The notes: generated by a model from the sequence alone, not told the origin. Shown: positions 16,488 to 26,048, counted from the first letter of the stretch. The stretch: 64,000 bases of DNA from an uncultured Gammaproteobacteria bacterium (GCA_964531275.1 CAZHDZ010000001.1:68882-132881); one strand, 5' to 3'. Translations and numbers: made by a program.

Positions 16488-18890
16488 ATGGCAAACGATT
16501 ACGATAATTACAACGAAAAAATGATACCGGTAATTCCAATAAGGGATGGTATCGTTTTTCCCCACACAGAATCTATCCTAACCTTTGGGCGACCACGAAG
16601 CTTAGCCGCTCTTGAATCTGCTTTTTCGGGTGAGAGGGTCGTTTGTTTTGTGCTCCAAAAGAATCCCCGTCAAGAAGATCCAGATGTATCAGACCTATAC
16701 CAGATGGGTACGGTTGCTCACATTGAGAGAATGATCAGATCTGATGGTGAGGTTAACGCCTTGGTAAGAGGTCTTTCCAGAGCTCAAATCGTGAGCTTTT
16801 CTCAATCGACTCAATACATGCAAGCTGTAGTTCATGAAATAGATGATTTTGAAGCTGATAATCCTGAGTTGAGGGCTCTTATGAATCATTTGACTGCTTC
16901 ATTTAAGAAAGCGTTAAGCCTTGGAAAGCAGGCAGACTTTTTAGTCTTTATGAATATCATGTCGGATATTTCTGCCTCAGAACTTGCTGATCAAATTGCT
17001 TCAACATTAGACATAAAAGGATCTGAAAGACAAGAAATTCTTGAGACAGTGAATGTCAAAAAAAGACTTGAAAAGGTTAGCGAATATTTAGACAAAGAAG
17101 TAAAAGTTCTTGAATTAGAGCGAAAAATTGCCTCAAAAACTCAGGAGCAACTCGAAAAATCGACAAAAGACGCAATTCTAAGAGAAAGACTTAAAACAAT
17201 CGAAAAGGAATTGGGTGAAACAGAAGATGGAGGAGAAATAAAGGAGCTTTCAGATAAGATCAAAAAGGCGGGAATGCCAAAAGATATTGAAGAAAAAATG
17301 ATGAAGGAGCTTAAAAAGCTTCAACAGCTTACTCCTTATAATCCAGAATCAGGATACCTGAGAAATTATCTTGAATGGATGGTTTCGATTCCTTGGAGTA
17401 AAAAAACCGAAAGCAAGATTGATATAAAAAGTGCTGAAAAAATTCTAGACGAAGGGCACTATGGACTCCAAAAGGTTAAAGAAAGGGTCATTGAGTACTT
17501 GGCCGTACATAAACTGTCCGGAAAAATGAAGGGTCCAATTCTTTGTTTTGCCGGGCCTCCAGGTGTAGGTAAGACATCTATTGGAAAAAGTATCGCAAAG
17601 TCTTTGGGACGAGAATTTGTAAAAGTATCGCTTGGTGGTATCCGAGACGAAGCTGAAATTAGAGGACATAGAAGAACATACGTTGGCGCACTTCCTGGGA
17701 GAATTATTCAGGGAATTAAAGATTCAGGTACTAAGAATCCAGTATTTATGTTGGATGAAATCGATAAGGTTGGAGCTGATTTTAGAGGGGACCCCTCATC
17801 TGCGCTCCTTGAGGCTTTGGATCCAGAGCAGAATGGCGGATTTTCAGATCATTATCTTGAAGTTCCTTTTGACCTTTCTGATGTTATGTTTATAACAACA
17901 GCAAATAGGCTTGACACTATTCCTCCGGCCTTAAGAGATAGACTTGAAATCATTACTTTCGCAGGGTATACACAGGATGAGAAATTCCATATCGCAAAAG
18001 ACTTTCTAGTTAAAAAGCAACTTGCAATGCACGGGTTGAAAGCATCTCAGGCAAAAATTTCAGACGCAGCCCTTTCTCATGTAATTAATAGGTATACACG
18101 AGAAGCTGGAGTAAGGAATTTGGAAAGACAAATAGCAACCATTGATAGAAAAATTGCTAGAAAAGTTGCTGAAGGTCAGAAGGAAAAGATTGTTGTTACC
18201 GATAAGACCGTTACAAAATTCTTAGGTCCTGAGAAATACTCATCGACCATTGCTGAGCGTAAAAATGAGGTTGGAATTGCTACTGGGCTTGCTTGGACTG
18301 AGGTTGGCGGAGACATACTTTTCATTGAAGTAGCACTTATGCCAGGAAAAGGTCAACTGATAATCACGGGTCAGTTGGGAGACGTCATGAAAGAATCATG
18401 TCAGGCTGCGATGACTTATGTCAGAGCAAGAGCAAAGAAATTTGGACTTTCAGAAGATTTTTACAAGACACTGGATATACATATCCATGTTCCTGAAGGT
18501 GCTGTGCCTAAGGATGGTCCTTCTGCGGGGGACACCATAACAACAGCCTTAGTTTCTGCTTTGACAAAGATTCCAACAAATCACTTAGTTGGTATGACCG
18601 GAGAAGTAACTATCAGAGGAAAAATACTAGAAATTGGAGGAGTGAAGGAGAAGGTTATTGCAGCGCATAGAGCTGGTCTTAGGACAATTATTATGCCTAA
18701 GGAGAACAGAAAAGATCTTGAAGAAATTCCAAAGGAGGTCGCAAAAGACATCAGATTTGTCTTTGTATCTCACATGGACGAAGTATTAAAAGTAGCGCTA
18801 ACAAAACCCTTGCAGGGATTTAAAGAAATAAAGGGAGAGAAAGAAAAGAAGCACAATCTAACAGCCCCTACCCCAACCCTTGCTGACTAG
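16488..18890 (+). CDS. lon: ATP-dependent Lon protease (LonA)
   Basis: N-terminal LON domain, Walker A GPPGVGKTS, Walker B VFMLDEIDK, proteolytic Ser motif DGPSAGDT and catalytic Lys region GGVKEKVIAAHRAG; 800 aa. Confidence 0.95.
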   Translation: MANDYDNYNEKMIPVIPIRDGIVFPHTESILTFGRPRSLAALESAFSGERVVCFVLQKNPRQEDPDVSDLYQMGTVAHIERMIRSDGEVNALVRGLSRAQIVSFSQSTQYMQAVVHEIDDFEADNPELRALMNHLTASFKKALSLGKQADFLVFMNIMSDISASELADQIASTLDIKGSERQEILETVNVKKRLEKVSEYLDKEVKVLELERKIASKTQEQLEKSTKDAILRERLKTIEKELGETEDGGEIKELSDKIKKAGMPKDIEEKMMKELKKLQQLTPYNPESGYLRNYLEWMVSIPWSKKTESKIDIKSAEKILDEGHYGLQKVKERVIEYLAVHKLSGKMKGPILCFAGPPGVGKTSIGKSIAKSLGREFVKVSLGGIRDEAEIRGHRRTYVGALPGRIIQGIKDSGTKNPVFMLDEIDKVGADFRGDPSSALLEALDPEQNGGFSDHYLEVPFDLSDVMFITTANRLDTIPPALRDRLEIITFAGYTQDEKFHIAKDFLVKKQLAMHGLKASQAKISDAALSHVINRYTREAGVRNLERQIATIDRKIARKVAEGQKEKIVVTDKTVTKFLGPEKYSSTIAERKNEVGIATGLAWTEVGGDILFIEVALMPGKGQLIITGQLGDVMKESCQAAMTYVRARAKKFGLSEDFYKTLDIHIHVPEGAVPKDGPSAGDTITTALVSALTKIPTNHLVGMTGEVTIRGKILEIGGVKEKVIAAHRAGLRTIIMPKENRKDLEEIPKEVAKDIRFVFVSHMDEVLKVALTKPLQGFKEIKGEKEKKHNLTAPTPTLAD

Positions 18891-18951
18891 CGCGTATGCG
18901 CCAAGCTCTGCTTAACAATGGCAAGCTTTGCTTACCCTTGTTGACTAGTTT

Positions 18952-20295
18952 TTAACGCTCAGTAAGCATTTTCTCTATAATTTCATGAGCTTTTTCGCCT
19001 TCTTCTTTTAGTAAATATTTTGAAATCAATTTATCTACATCGATTTTGCTTTCTTTTGCAATCTCACTGTACAGATGTGCACTGCGTCTGAGCTTTCTCT
19101 CACCTGTTATTGGGTTATTATCGATAAGCCCAAAGTCCTTTGTGTATCCCAAGATCCATTCAAGATTGTCTACAGTTGACCAGTGGAGATATTGTTCTAT
19201 CTTTGCTCCTTCCTGCATTGCCCTCCAAACTGCAACCAGATGGGTAAGTATATAAAAAGATCTTCTCTTGTCCTCTTTGTCAGCCAAGCCATTTTCTGTG
19301 ATTATAATAGGAAGATTGAATGTTCTATGTAAATAGCGTAATACCTCCAAGAAGAAATCAGGGACAATGGGCCATCCATAGTCTGATTTGTATGAGGCTG
19401 GCTCCCGAGTTTCGCCAAAAAGCAATGTTTTGGCGGTAACTTTGTCAGTATGTCTTGCCCTGAATTTAAGCTTTCTAATGTCTAAATTGAGATAATACCC
19501 CGTGTAGTAATTGCATCCTATGAAATCCATATATTTCTTAGTGGCCTCCACATAACTCCCAACGCTAATATGATTAACAAGTTGTGCGTACCATTTATCA
19601 AGTACAAAGTTCTCATGCTCTGGAAGATTCCACCGGAATGCAAATGTCATACCAACCCTAGACATGGGACTTATGTATTTCAGTTTTCTATACGCTCTCT
19701 TATGTGCTTCAATCATATTCCATCGGGCAACGCTTGCTGATAGAATGTTATTTTTTGCAGGCGGATAGTATTTGGAAAAATAACCCAGAATAACTAATAT
19801 GTTTGGCTCGTTAAGAGTTAGCCAATATTTTACTTCGGGAAATTCAAGGGCTGCAAACTTTACAAAATGCTCAAAATGCCCAATTGTTCTCTTGTTATTC
19901 CAGCTTCCTTCTCGAGCAACCCATTGTGGAAGAACATAATGATTTAGAGTTATCATGGGTATCATGCCGCTATCTATTATTTTTTTGATAACCTCTTTAT
20001 ATCGGGCAACGGCTTCCAGGTTAATATTTCCTTTTTGAGGTTCAATTCGGCCCCACGATACTCCAATTCTTTGAACTTTCATGCCCAAATTGGCCATTGT
20101 TTGGATATCATGTTCTGCACGGCCGGGCTTCCACCATTCTGGCCCCTTTTCGTGCATATTTATGATTTCAGGATACTGCTTCATAAATACATCCCAGTCA
20201 GTGTTTCTCTCACCTTCATTGCCCTCTACCTGATGGGCAGCTGTTGCACTTCCAAATAGGAATTCTTTTGGAAATTCTAAAATCTTTTTCTCCAT
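18952..20295 (-). CDS. glycoside hydrolase family 1 beta-glucosidase/beta-galactosidase
   Basis: GH1 signatures FGSATAAHQVEG (N-term), acid/base LNEPN, nucleophile ITENG; 447 aa. Confidence 0.9.
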   Translation of the reverse strand: MEKKILEFPKEFLFGSATAAHQVEGNEGERNTDWDVFMKQYPEIINMHEKGPEWWKPGRAEHDIQTMANLGMKVQRIGVSWGRIEPQKGNINLEAVARYKEVIKKIIDSGMIPMITLNHYVLPQWVAREGSWNNKRTIGHFEHFVKFAALEFPEVKYWLTLNEPNILVILGYFSKYYPPAKNNILSASVARWNMIEAHKRAYRKLKYISPMSRVGMTFAFRWNLPEHENFVLDKWYAQLVNHISVGSYVEATKKYMDFIGCNYYTGYYLNLDIRKLKFRARHTDKVTAKTLLFGETREPASYKSDYGWPIVPDFFLEVLRYLHRTFNLPIIITENGLADKEDKRRSFYILTHLVAVWRAMQEGAKIEQYLHWSTVDNLEWILGYTKDFGLIDNNPITGERKLRRSAHLYSEIAKESKIDVDKLISKYLLKEEGEKAHEIIEKMLTER

Positions 20296-20516
20296 ACATT
20301 AATATTGAAGAACTGAGGTCTAAAAGTCAAAGTAAAGTCTTTCCGATTTCTTTCAATTTTCTTGTCAAAATACAAATTTTGATAAGTAGAATGACAATAT
20401 GATAAAAGAATTAGGAAAAGTGCTTGGGTTATTCTTTATATTAGTTGCGGTAGCAATAATTTCCTCAATAACATTAAGTTCTCAAAAAGTATCAGCTGTA
20501 GACCATTTTCAGGGAA

Positions 20517-21182
20517 TTAACTCTCTGAGGTGAGTGAAAGAATATAATTAGCTGCTTCTACAAACGTTGTTGCAAAGTAGTCGACAGGTATGCCTTTGAA
20601 GTCATTTTTTACTCTTACGCCGCTTTCAAGAACTGCAACGAAATGAAGCCCTGCACCTTTTGCAGCAACGGCATCACTTACAGCATCTCCAACGTAGACA
20701 ACTTCTTGCGGTTGAAGTTTGAAATCCCTTAGGACTTTTATAAAAACTCTTGGGTCAGGTTTTAGAAAGTCTGAGTTTTCTTTGTAATAAAATTTTTCCA
20801 TTCGGGAATTAAAGGGGTGAAGGTTGTGCAGTAGATGCTTTGCTTCCCCAATAGATCGTGAAGTAAGTAGTGCTAGCTTGATATTTCTGCTTAATAACGC
20901 ATCCAATGTATTTAAGTTGCGTAAGGGAACATGATCAGCTACACCTTGTGCAACGGCTTCTTCGTGAGCAATATAAAGTTTTTGTATAAATTCTTCAACA
21001 TTTATTCCTGGAAATCTTTGCAGTGCTGCAGTTTCTAGATCTACGCCCCAGTTCTTTTTATGCGCACTACGCGTCATTGGTTTATGACCCATTTGCGTAG
21101 CAACTTTATTCTCAATGAGAAAAGTAGCTTCCTCAGTCATGCTTAACGTGCCGTCAAAATCAATAGCAACGAGTTTTATCAT
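20517..21182 (-). CDS. HAD-superfamily hydrolase (beta-phosphoglucomutase/phosphatase-like)
   Basis: Motif I VAIDFDGTL, motif II LTSRS, motif IV GDAVSD. Confidence 0.75.
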   Translation of the reverse strand: MIKLVAIDFDGTLSMTEEATFLIENKVATQMGHKPMTRSAHKKNWGVDLETAALQRFPGINVEEFIQKLYIAHEEAVAQGVADHVPLRNLNTLDALLSRNIKLALLTSRSIGEAKHLLHNLHPFNSRMEKFYYKENSDFLKPDPRVFIKVLRDFKLQPQEVVYVGDAVSDAVAAKGAGLHFVAVLESGVRVKNDFKGIPVDYFATTFVEAANYILSLTSES

Positions 21183-21218
21183 TGATTAACTTGTATTTCT
21201 GTTCTCCATTCACAAAAA

Positions 21219-22298
21219 TTATATCAGACGATACCCAAGCTTTTTATGATTTTCGATAGTGTAACCTTTGGTTTTGAATGCGTTGTTTCGACGGAGTCTA
21301 TAGATCAACGCGTCAAGAGCCCAATCAGAAGCATTCGTACTTTCGATACCCCAAACAGCAATAAATATATCATCCTTAGAGACAACTTTATTTTTATTTG
21401 TTTTGAGAATTTTTAGTAATGCAGCTTCTTTTTTAGGAAGCTTCGTAAACTTTTGGGAAAGAACAAATTCATCAAATAATGGTGAGAATGTTCTATATTT
21501 ATCACCAACTTTCGTTATAAGACCTGTCTCAATAAGGTAACTGTCTGGTTCATTGTTAAATGTGTTTGAGACAATTTTCTTAACAATGCTTTTTTGTAAG
21601 TAAGATAAATGTGAGTAAATTGTTGAAAGACTAACCTTAATGTACGGATCTGTCGAGGATCCTGTTACTTTTTCAGCTTGCAGTAGGAGTTGGAATAGTT
21701 GGAAATGTCCACCCGAAAGACCAAGATATTTTTCTAGATCACTATTATTTATATCTCTTGTTGGACCATACATTTCGTGAAGAGCAAGTAAATCTTCTTT
21801 TGGATATGGCTTTATGTAAAGTGTATTTGCAAACATACTAAGATCTATATCTATTGCATCCTCAGGAATAAGAGACTCTATTCTTTTGCATATTCCGAAA
21901 ATAAATACGATATTTTCTCTATTAACAGCTCTTAATGCTTTTAGGCTTTTAAATATATTTTTTTTAAATTCAAGGTGGAGTTGATCGAATCCACCAAAGC
22001 AAATTACAACCTTTTTACTTTTTGTTACCTCTGAAAGTATTTTTTGACATTCGTATAATCCGCCTTGTCGCGTCCCGCCTAACTGCATATATAGATGCTC
22101 GAAAAGCAATTTTTCACTGGGTTTTGGAAGGGAAAAAATATCAACATAAATATACTGCGCAGATTTAAAAGTAATATTTTTTAGAAAAACAGATATTCCA
22201 ACCCCTGGTATCCCAAGTAGTGAAAAAGACTCCGAATTTTGCACAAAACGCTCAGCATTCTGAGCAAGCTTTTTTGATTGTTGCGAACTTAGGTTCAT
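21219..22298 (-). CDS. regulator with N-terminal P-loop-like ATPase domain (degenerate Walker A) and C-terminal OmpR/PhoB-type winged-helix DNA-binding domain
   Basis: GIPGVGIS (Walker A-like lacking Lys) near N-term; C-terminal LLKILKTNKNKVVSKDDIFIAVWG…ALDALIYRLRR matches trans_reg_C pattern. Confidence 0.5.
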   Translation of the reverse strand: MNLSSQQSKKLAQNAERFVQNSESFSLLGIPGVGISVFLKNITFKSAQYIYVDIFSLPKPSEKLLFEHLYMQLGGTRQGGLYECQKILSEVTKSKKVVICFGGFDQLHLEFKKNIFKSLKALRAVNRENIVFIFGICKRIESLIPEDAIDIDLSMFANTLYIKPYPKEDLLALHEMYGPTRDINNSDLEKYLGLSGGHFQLFQLLLQAEKVTGSSTDPYIKVSLSTIYSHLSYLQKSIVKKIVSNTFNNEPDSYLIETGLITKVGDKYRTFSPLFDEFVLSQKFTKLPKKEAALLKILKTNKNKVVSKDDIFIAVWGIESTNASDWALDALIYRLRRNNAFKTKGYTIENHKKLGYRLI

Positions 22299-22363
22299 AA
22301 ACGTCAGTATTATAACAGTATTTAGTCAAGCTTGCAAATATATTAGCGCTTACAATACGGAAT

Positions 22364-23053
22364 ATGAATAAAGAAATTTCGTTAGCAAATAAAAACATGG
22401 TTGTTGTTGGGGCATCAAGCGGATTGGGATACGAGGTTGCAAGACAACTATCTTCCGAAGGTAGCAATGTGTTTGCTTTATCACGCAAAATTGAAGACCA
22501 ACAATTAGGTTTTACGGCAACAAGAATAAATTGTAATTTAAGAAAACCTGAAGAAATTGTCGAAGCCTTTGAAAGGATTGATAAAGCTGGGGATCTTGAT
22601 GCCCTAATTAACTGTGCAGGTATTGGTCTTACTAAGGACTTTGATTCTACAACACATGAGGAGATTATGGACGTCTTAGGAACCAATTTGAAAGGCTCTA
22701 TATACACAAGCCTAGAGGCATATAAGCGTATGAAAGTTCTTAAGGCAGGGCACATAGTGAATGTTTCATCGACCTCAGGGCTAGTAGGGCGAGACAATGA
22801 AGCGGTATACGCTGCAAGTAAATGGGGCCTCAGGGGTTTTACCGAGAGCCTGAGGCTTGAAGGGGTGAAGAATAAAGTAAGAGTTACCAGTGTCTGTCCA
22901 GGTGGTATGAATTCTGCTTTTTGGAGTGATTTTCCGGATAAAGATTTATCTGCATATATGAATCCAGAAGATGTAGCAGGTCAAATCGTTCATGTACTTA
23001 AATCTCCCAGTGGCATTTCTCCAGCTGAAATAGTTATACAGAGGGGAGTCTGA
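22364..23053 (+). CDS. short-chain dehydrogenase/reductase (SDR) family oxidoreductase
   Basis: Cofactor motif VVVGASSGLGYEVA (TGxxxGxG-type), NAG-like NCAG, catalytic YAASK. Confidence 0.8.
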   Translation: MNKEISLANKNMVVVGASSGLGYEVARQLSSEGSNVFALSRKIEDQQLGFTATRINCNLRKPEEIVEAFERIDKAGDLDALINCAGIGLTKDFDSTTHEEIMDVLGTNLKGSIYTSLEAYKRMKVLKAGHIVNVSSTSGLVGRDNEAVYAASKWGLRGFTESLRLEGVKNKVRVTSVCPGGMNSAFWSDFPDKDLSAYMNPEDVAGQIVHVLKSPSGISPAEIVIQRGV

Positions 23054-24038
23054 GGTTTGTAATAATATTTGTAATTAACATTTCTTTTAAAGATTCAGTA
23101 ATTGTGACGATTACTGCTCCCTCATTCTTTAGTCCATAGATAACTATTGATTCTAGAGGTGCAAAAAGCATTGCGGGGAGTGCGAGTAGATCTTCCTCTC
23201 CATGAATTTCAAGTGAGAATTTGTTATGAGTATTAATACTTTCTTGGATAAAATTTTCAATTTTAAGTGCTGTTGTGCAGTTAATGGTGCCGGGCTCATT
23301 TTCTAATTCTACTGAATTTTTCGGAAGACTTGTAAGAATATGACTGTCTGTTATTTTCTTTCTATTTGATATTTTGTCAAAAATACTGAGATTTGGAATT
23401 AAATCATGTTGCAGTAAATTCGAAACAACAATATCTCCAACCGCGATCGTAAATTTGTTTTGCAAATTCTTAATGTCCATGGTCTTTACAGTCTCTCCGA
23501 AAGGCTCTTTGAGTTGTTCTCTTAAAGAATTAGGGAGAGTAAGTGACGTGTTTTTTGGAAAAAAGTCAGAGTACATATTCCCTCTTCGATCAATTTGCCC
23601 TAGTCTAATTGCGGTTGAGGAGATTCTTTTATTCCTATTGATATCTATAGTTGGTACATCCACAATCTCAAGTTCTTTCAGTCCCAGGCTTTGCCGCTTT
23701 TCATTTACTTTTTTAGCACCACCGTAAGTATCTGAAATAACATATATTGCCTCCAAAGAATTGTCACTAACACTTGGTCCGTAGATATCATCAATTTTAA
23801 AGATTGTAGTTCTTTCGGAATATCCCTTTTGTGATAAAAAGTCTTTGATGGATTGTTCTCTTTTTGCGTAAGGTTCAATTGCGCTTTGCCGTGGTTTGTC
23901 TTGAAGCATTTCATCGGAAGTAATTCCTATAGTGAGTTTTGCTGACTCTAAAAGCGCGGCGTTAATGAAATTTTCATGTCCTTTATGGAAATGATCAAAT
24001 GTGCCACCTAGAACAGAATGATTATATTTGTAATACAT
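23034..24038 (-). CDS. archaeal/eukaryotic-type phosphopantetheine adenylyltransferase (PPAT) fused to a C-terminal about 180-aa domain (possibly DUF359-like dephospho-CoA kinase)
   Basis: N-term VLGGTFDHFHKGH, IGITSDEM, LEAIYVISDTYGGA…LEIVDVPTI align with the archaeal PPAT (COG1019) pattern; C-terminal domain has VGDIVV and GEEDLLALP blocks. Confidence 0.6.
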   Translation of the reverse strand: MYYKYNHSVLGGTFDHFHKGHENFINAALLESAKLTIGITSDEMLQDKPRQSAIEPYAKREQSIKDFLSQKGYSERTTIFKIDDIYGPSVSDNSLEAIYVISDTYGGAKKVNEKRQSLGLKELEIVDVPTIDINRNKRISSTAIRLGQIDRRGNMYSDFFPKNTSLTLPNSLREQLKEPFGETVKTMDIKNLQNKFTIAVGDIVVSNLLQHDLIPNLSIFDKISNRKKITDSHILTSLPKNSVELENEPGTINCTTALKIENFIQESINTHNKFSLEIHGEEDLLALPAMLFAPLESIVIYGLKNEGAVIVTITESLKEMLITNIITNLRLPSV

Positions 24039-24084
24039 AGAGTAAATTTTATTGTATTTTTAGCGTAAAGCAAAGTTGAATAGA

Positions 24085-24121
24085 GGCGTCGCCCCGGAAG
24101 TGAGACTTCCGAGGAGACGCC
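24085..24121 (-). terminator. GC-rich hairpin terminator immediately downstream of the FabG-like gene
   Basis: GGCGTCGCCCCGGAAGT-GAG-ACTTCCGAGGAGACGCC, 17-bp stem with 2 mismatches, followed on the minus strand by a moderately U-rich tract. Confidence 0.45.
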
Positions 24122-24137
24122 AAGAGAACCACTGGGA

Positions 24138-24911
24138 CTAGCCCATGAACAGGCCGCCATCCGCACCGAACACCTTGCCGGTGATGTAGGAAGCGCCAGG
24201 GCCTGCAAGGAAAGCAACGACTGGTGCCACATCCTCGGGCTCACCGAGTTTGTCGGCAGCCCGCCTGTCGCGGACGAGCGGAATATGGCTGTTGACGGTT
24301 TGGGTCGCATCATCAGGCATTTCCGCAATGATGTCCGTCCGGATGAATCCGGGTGAGACTGCGTTGACGGTGATGTTGTTGCGGCCAAGTTCCTTAGCGA
24401 GAGCGAGGGTCATGCCGATCATGCCAGCCTTGGAAGCCGCGTAGTTAACCTGCCCCAGGTTGCCCATTTGGCCGACAACGCTTGTGATATTGATGACACG
24501 GCCATGCTTGGCTTTCTGCAGCGGCCTAACGGCCGCTTTGACCATCAAGAACGCCCCTCGAAGGTTAGTGTTGTGGACAGCATCCCAATCTTCGAGGGTC
24601 ATCCGAAGGAGGGGCCCATCACGGGTTATTCCTGCGTTATTGACGAGGATGTTGAGGCCGCCATATCGTGCGGTGACTGCATCGACGAGGTTTTCGGCAT
24701 CAGCCTGTATGGAGACGTCGCCTCTGATGGCAAACGCTTCGCCTCCCATGTTGATGATTTGTGCGACGACCCCATTTGCAGCGGTCTCGCTTGTGTTGTA
24801 GTTCACCCCGACCTTTGCTCCCTGAGAAGCGAGTTCGCGGCAAATTGCTGCGCCGATCCCTTTTGACCCTCCGGTCACAAGGGCGACTAGGCCGTCTAAC
24901 GGTCCGGACAA
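24138..24911 (-). CDS. fabG: 3-oxoacyl-[ACP] reductase (FabG)-type SDR, encoded in a high-GC island
   Basis: [11 protein letters not shown] cofactor motif, NNAG, catalytic NYAASKAG and PGFIRTD; about 63% GC versus about 35-40% flanks; TTG start with GGAGA RBS. Confidence 0.85.
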   Translation of the reverse strand: MSGPLDGLVALVTGGSKGIGAAICRELASQGAKVGVNYNTSETAANGVVAQIINMGGEAFAIRGDVSIQADAENLVDAVTARYGGLNILVNNAGITRDGPLLRMTLEDWDAVHNTNLRGAFLMVKAAVRPLQKAKHGRVINITSVVGQMGNLGQVNYAASKAGMIGMTLALAKELGRNNITVNAVSPGFIRTDIIAEMPDDATQTVNSHIPLVRDRRAADKLGEPEDVAPVVAFLAGPGASYITGKVFGADGGLFMG

Positions 24912-25169
24912 TAGAAATCTCCAGTAGTGTGTCTGCTAATTTGCGCGATGCGCAAAAACCCTGTATCCTCCTTTCGTTTTTCCTACAGTGGTTGCAGCTT
25001 TTTAAAGACAATAGATGTATCCCCAAAAAGCCGCAACCAAATAATTTCCAGTGGTTTGTTAATGTACAAAGCGTGATAGATCCAAGCAAAAGGATCATCT
25101 AACTTCATAGTGGAGAATTATACAGTATTTAGGTACAAAATGAGAAATAATGCGTGATACAATCAAGTA

Positions 25170-26048
25170 ATGAAAAGTACAGAAGGGCATATACAAGTTA
25201 AAGGCGGAAAGATTTGGTATAAGGTCTTTCTCAGTGAAAAGAATACAACTCCTCTCATGGTCTTGCATGGTGGACCTGGATCCTCTTCTCATTCAATGCA
25301 GACTTTAAGTGAATTCTCAAAAGATAGGACTGTGGTTTTTTATGACCAGCTAGGATCGGGTCATTCTGATAGACCGCAAGATACAAAATTGTGGAAGAAA
25401 GAACGATTTGTTGAAGAGCTAGAGACGCTGCGAAAGCATTTAGGATTTGAGGAGGTATATCTATGGGGACAATCATGGGGGACAATGCTTGCAGTAATGT
25501 ATACATTAAAATTTCCAGAAAGAGTAAAAAGCATTCTTTTTTCAGGACCTTTCTTTAGTAGCAAGAGATGGATCGAGGACGCAAATAAACTCAAGGAGAC
25601 TTTGCCAAAAAAAGTTGTAGAGGTAATTGATAGGAATGAAAAAAATAAAACTTATGACTCGAAAGACTATGAGAGAGCAACTTTAGAATTTTATAAGAAA
25701 TATTTTTGCCGAATTTATCCATATCCAAAACCACTGCAGGAAGGGCAGAAGCTTATGGGGCTTGATGTCTATAACACAATGTGGGGATCGACAGAATTTC
25801 ATTGTACAGGTAATCTAAAAGATGCGGATTATATAGATCGTCTGCATGAGATAAATATCCCTGTATTTCTGATTTGTGGGAAATACGATATGGCAACACC
25901 ATCAACAACAAAATTTTACACAGACAAATTCCCTAATGCAAAAATGAAAATTCTAGATAAAAGTGCACACGCAATGTTCCTTGAAGAGAAAGAATTATTT
26001 CTGAAAAGTGGTATGGAATTTTTTAAAGAAGTAGATCAAAAGATCTAA
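25170..26048 (+). CDS. alpha/beta hydrolase, proline iminopeptidase-like (S33)
   Basis: HGGPGSSS oxyanion motif, GQSWGT nucleophile elbow, C-terminal D and H (SAHAMF). Confidence 0.7.
   Translation: MKSTEGHIQVKGGKIWYKVFLSEKNTTPLMVLHGGPGSSSHSMQTLSEFSKDRTVVFYDQLGSGHSDRPQDTKLWKKERFVEELETLRKHLGFEEVYLWGQSWGTMLAVMYTLKFPERVKSILFSGPFFSSKRWIEDANKLKETLPKKVVEVIDRNEKNKTYDSKDYERATLEFYKKYFCRIYPYPKPLQEGQKLMGLDVYNTMWGSTEFHCTGNLKDADYIDRLHEINIPVFLICGKYDMATPSTTKFYTDKFPNAKMKILDKSAHAMFLEEKELFLKSGMEFFKEVDQKI

Noticed and set aside
22252-22797. 181-aa ORF antisense to the SDR gene
   Set aside because: Completely overlaps 22364..23053 (clear SDR motifs) on the opposite strand and has low-complexity composition; treated as a shadow ORF.
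24008-25102. Cluster of overlapping ORFs on both strands (24008..24388, 24250..24444, 24460..24801, 24468..24866, 24700..25098, 24761..25102)
   Set aside because: All lie within or against the high-GC fabG island. High GC suppresses stop codons in every frame, so these are shadow ORFs; only 24138..24911 has a coherent SDR motif set.
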